Made by a program: the position numbers and the translations under genes. The notes beneath the pieces were generated by a model, which made no database searches, was not told where the DNA came from, and worked only from the letters and a program-made list of their open reading frames with translations. This document shows positions 54,162 through 54,581 of a stretch of 54,581 bases of DNA, piece after piece. Each line of letters opens with the position of its first letter. Position 1 is the first letter of the stretch. The stretch comes from an uncultured Candidatus Saccharibacteria bacterium (lineage in GTDB: Bacteria > Patescibacteriota > Minisyncoccia > JAHIHE01 > JAGLIN01). The stretch is from positions 1-54,581 of the forward strand of contig CAZDCJ010000001.1 in the NCBI GenBank assembly GCA_964503935.1. Direction: 5' to 3'.

Positions 54162-54443
54162 TCATAGCTTTATCCCCATACTTTCCGTAACCGGAAATAA
54201 AACATCTTTTACAAAATAATCTACAGGAGCTCCTTCGATGAACACCCCCAATATAGCAGAGAGAATTAGCAGCCCCATGCCAATCGAGCAGTATCTCGTA
54301 ACTCTCTTATCTTTTCCTTGATTCTTCTTCAGAGCCCAGACACCGGCTCCGAGAGTGATAATCATCAAAAGGAGATTGACGATTCTGAAACCGAAACCCA
54401 TACATACTACCAAAATCCCCCCCCAATAGCGAGGTTTTGGCAT
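54162..54443 (-). CDS. hypothetical small membrane protein
   Basis: 93 aa with three hydrophobic segments. Confidence 0.45.
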   Translation of the reverse strand: MPKPRYWGGILVVCMGFGFRIVNLLLMIITLGAGVWALKKNQGKDKRVTRYCSIGMGLLILSAILGVFIEGAPVDYFVKDVLFPVTESMGIKL

Positions 54444-54581
54444 ATTCTCTTACCTTCTTATCCTCCACCGGCTGACTCTGGATAGATACTTGCGATGTTT
54501 CCATGTTTTTCTTCTGATAAAGATTAGGCTCTAGACTAGATAAACTAATCTTTAAAGTAACGCTTTAATATATAAAATAAC

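Noticed and set aside
1-54581. Search for transposase, integrase, phage structural, toxin-antitoxin or restriction-modification genes as autonomous partners of the repeats or islands.
   Set aside because: None of the ORFs showed DDE, HUH/Y1, tyrosine or serine recombinase, or methyltransferase motifs that I could recognise. Absence is by eye only and should be confirmed by profile searches.

Overview
This is a gene-dense 54.6-kb bacterial chromosomal window with about 55 protein genes and one tRNA-Lys(UUU). Nearly all genes lie on the minus strand.

Likely source (inference, no search run): a reduced-genome Patescibacteria/CPR-like bacterium. The gene content points this way:
- ADP-forming acetyl-CoA synthetase and PFOR gamma/delta subunits
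- a two-gene SufC plus short SufB/D Fe-S system
- lower glycolysis
- many small or transmembrane orphan proteins
- surface proteins ending in DxDGDG calcium-binding repeats
- a CPR-type T4SS-pilin-like protein

Recognisable housekeeping genes:
- dnaJ, uvrB, pyrF-pyrE, typA/bipA, sufC-sufB/D
- tpiA, gap, pgk, eno, gpmI, a PfkB kinase
- acd, porG-porD, gdhA, trxB, a ferredoxin, trxA
- an SPFH protein, an HI0933-type flavoprotein, a geranylgeranyl-reductase-family flavoprotein

Accessory-looking parts:
- two tandem ~520-aa paralogous surface proteins (3.6-6.8 kb)
- a plus-strand cluster of small orphan genes with consensus promoters, two apparently leaderless (8.5-10.4 kb)
- an AT-rich orphan gene (19.2-20.0 kb)
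- an AT-rich island with a homopolymer-frameshifted gene carrying an Rx5H motif (22.0-23.85 kb)
- a block of three nucleotidyltransferases plus HAD, EamA and flavodoxin-like genes (25.9-30.0 kb)
- a GT2/GT4 pair

The most striking non-coding signal is in the intergenic spacers. From 10.4 kb onward, most of the longer spacers I read are filled with a mosaic of short palindromic MITE-like modules. These almost always begin TGTCAT and end ATGACA. They include nested insertions, and one copy appears to have truncated a VOC/glyoxalase gene.

I saw no CRISPR array, rRNA, transposase or integrase. All functional calls come from reading motifs by eye; no database search was run.
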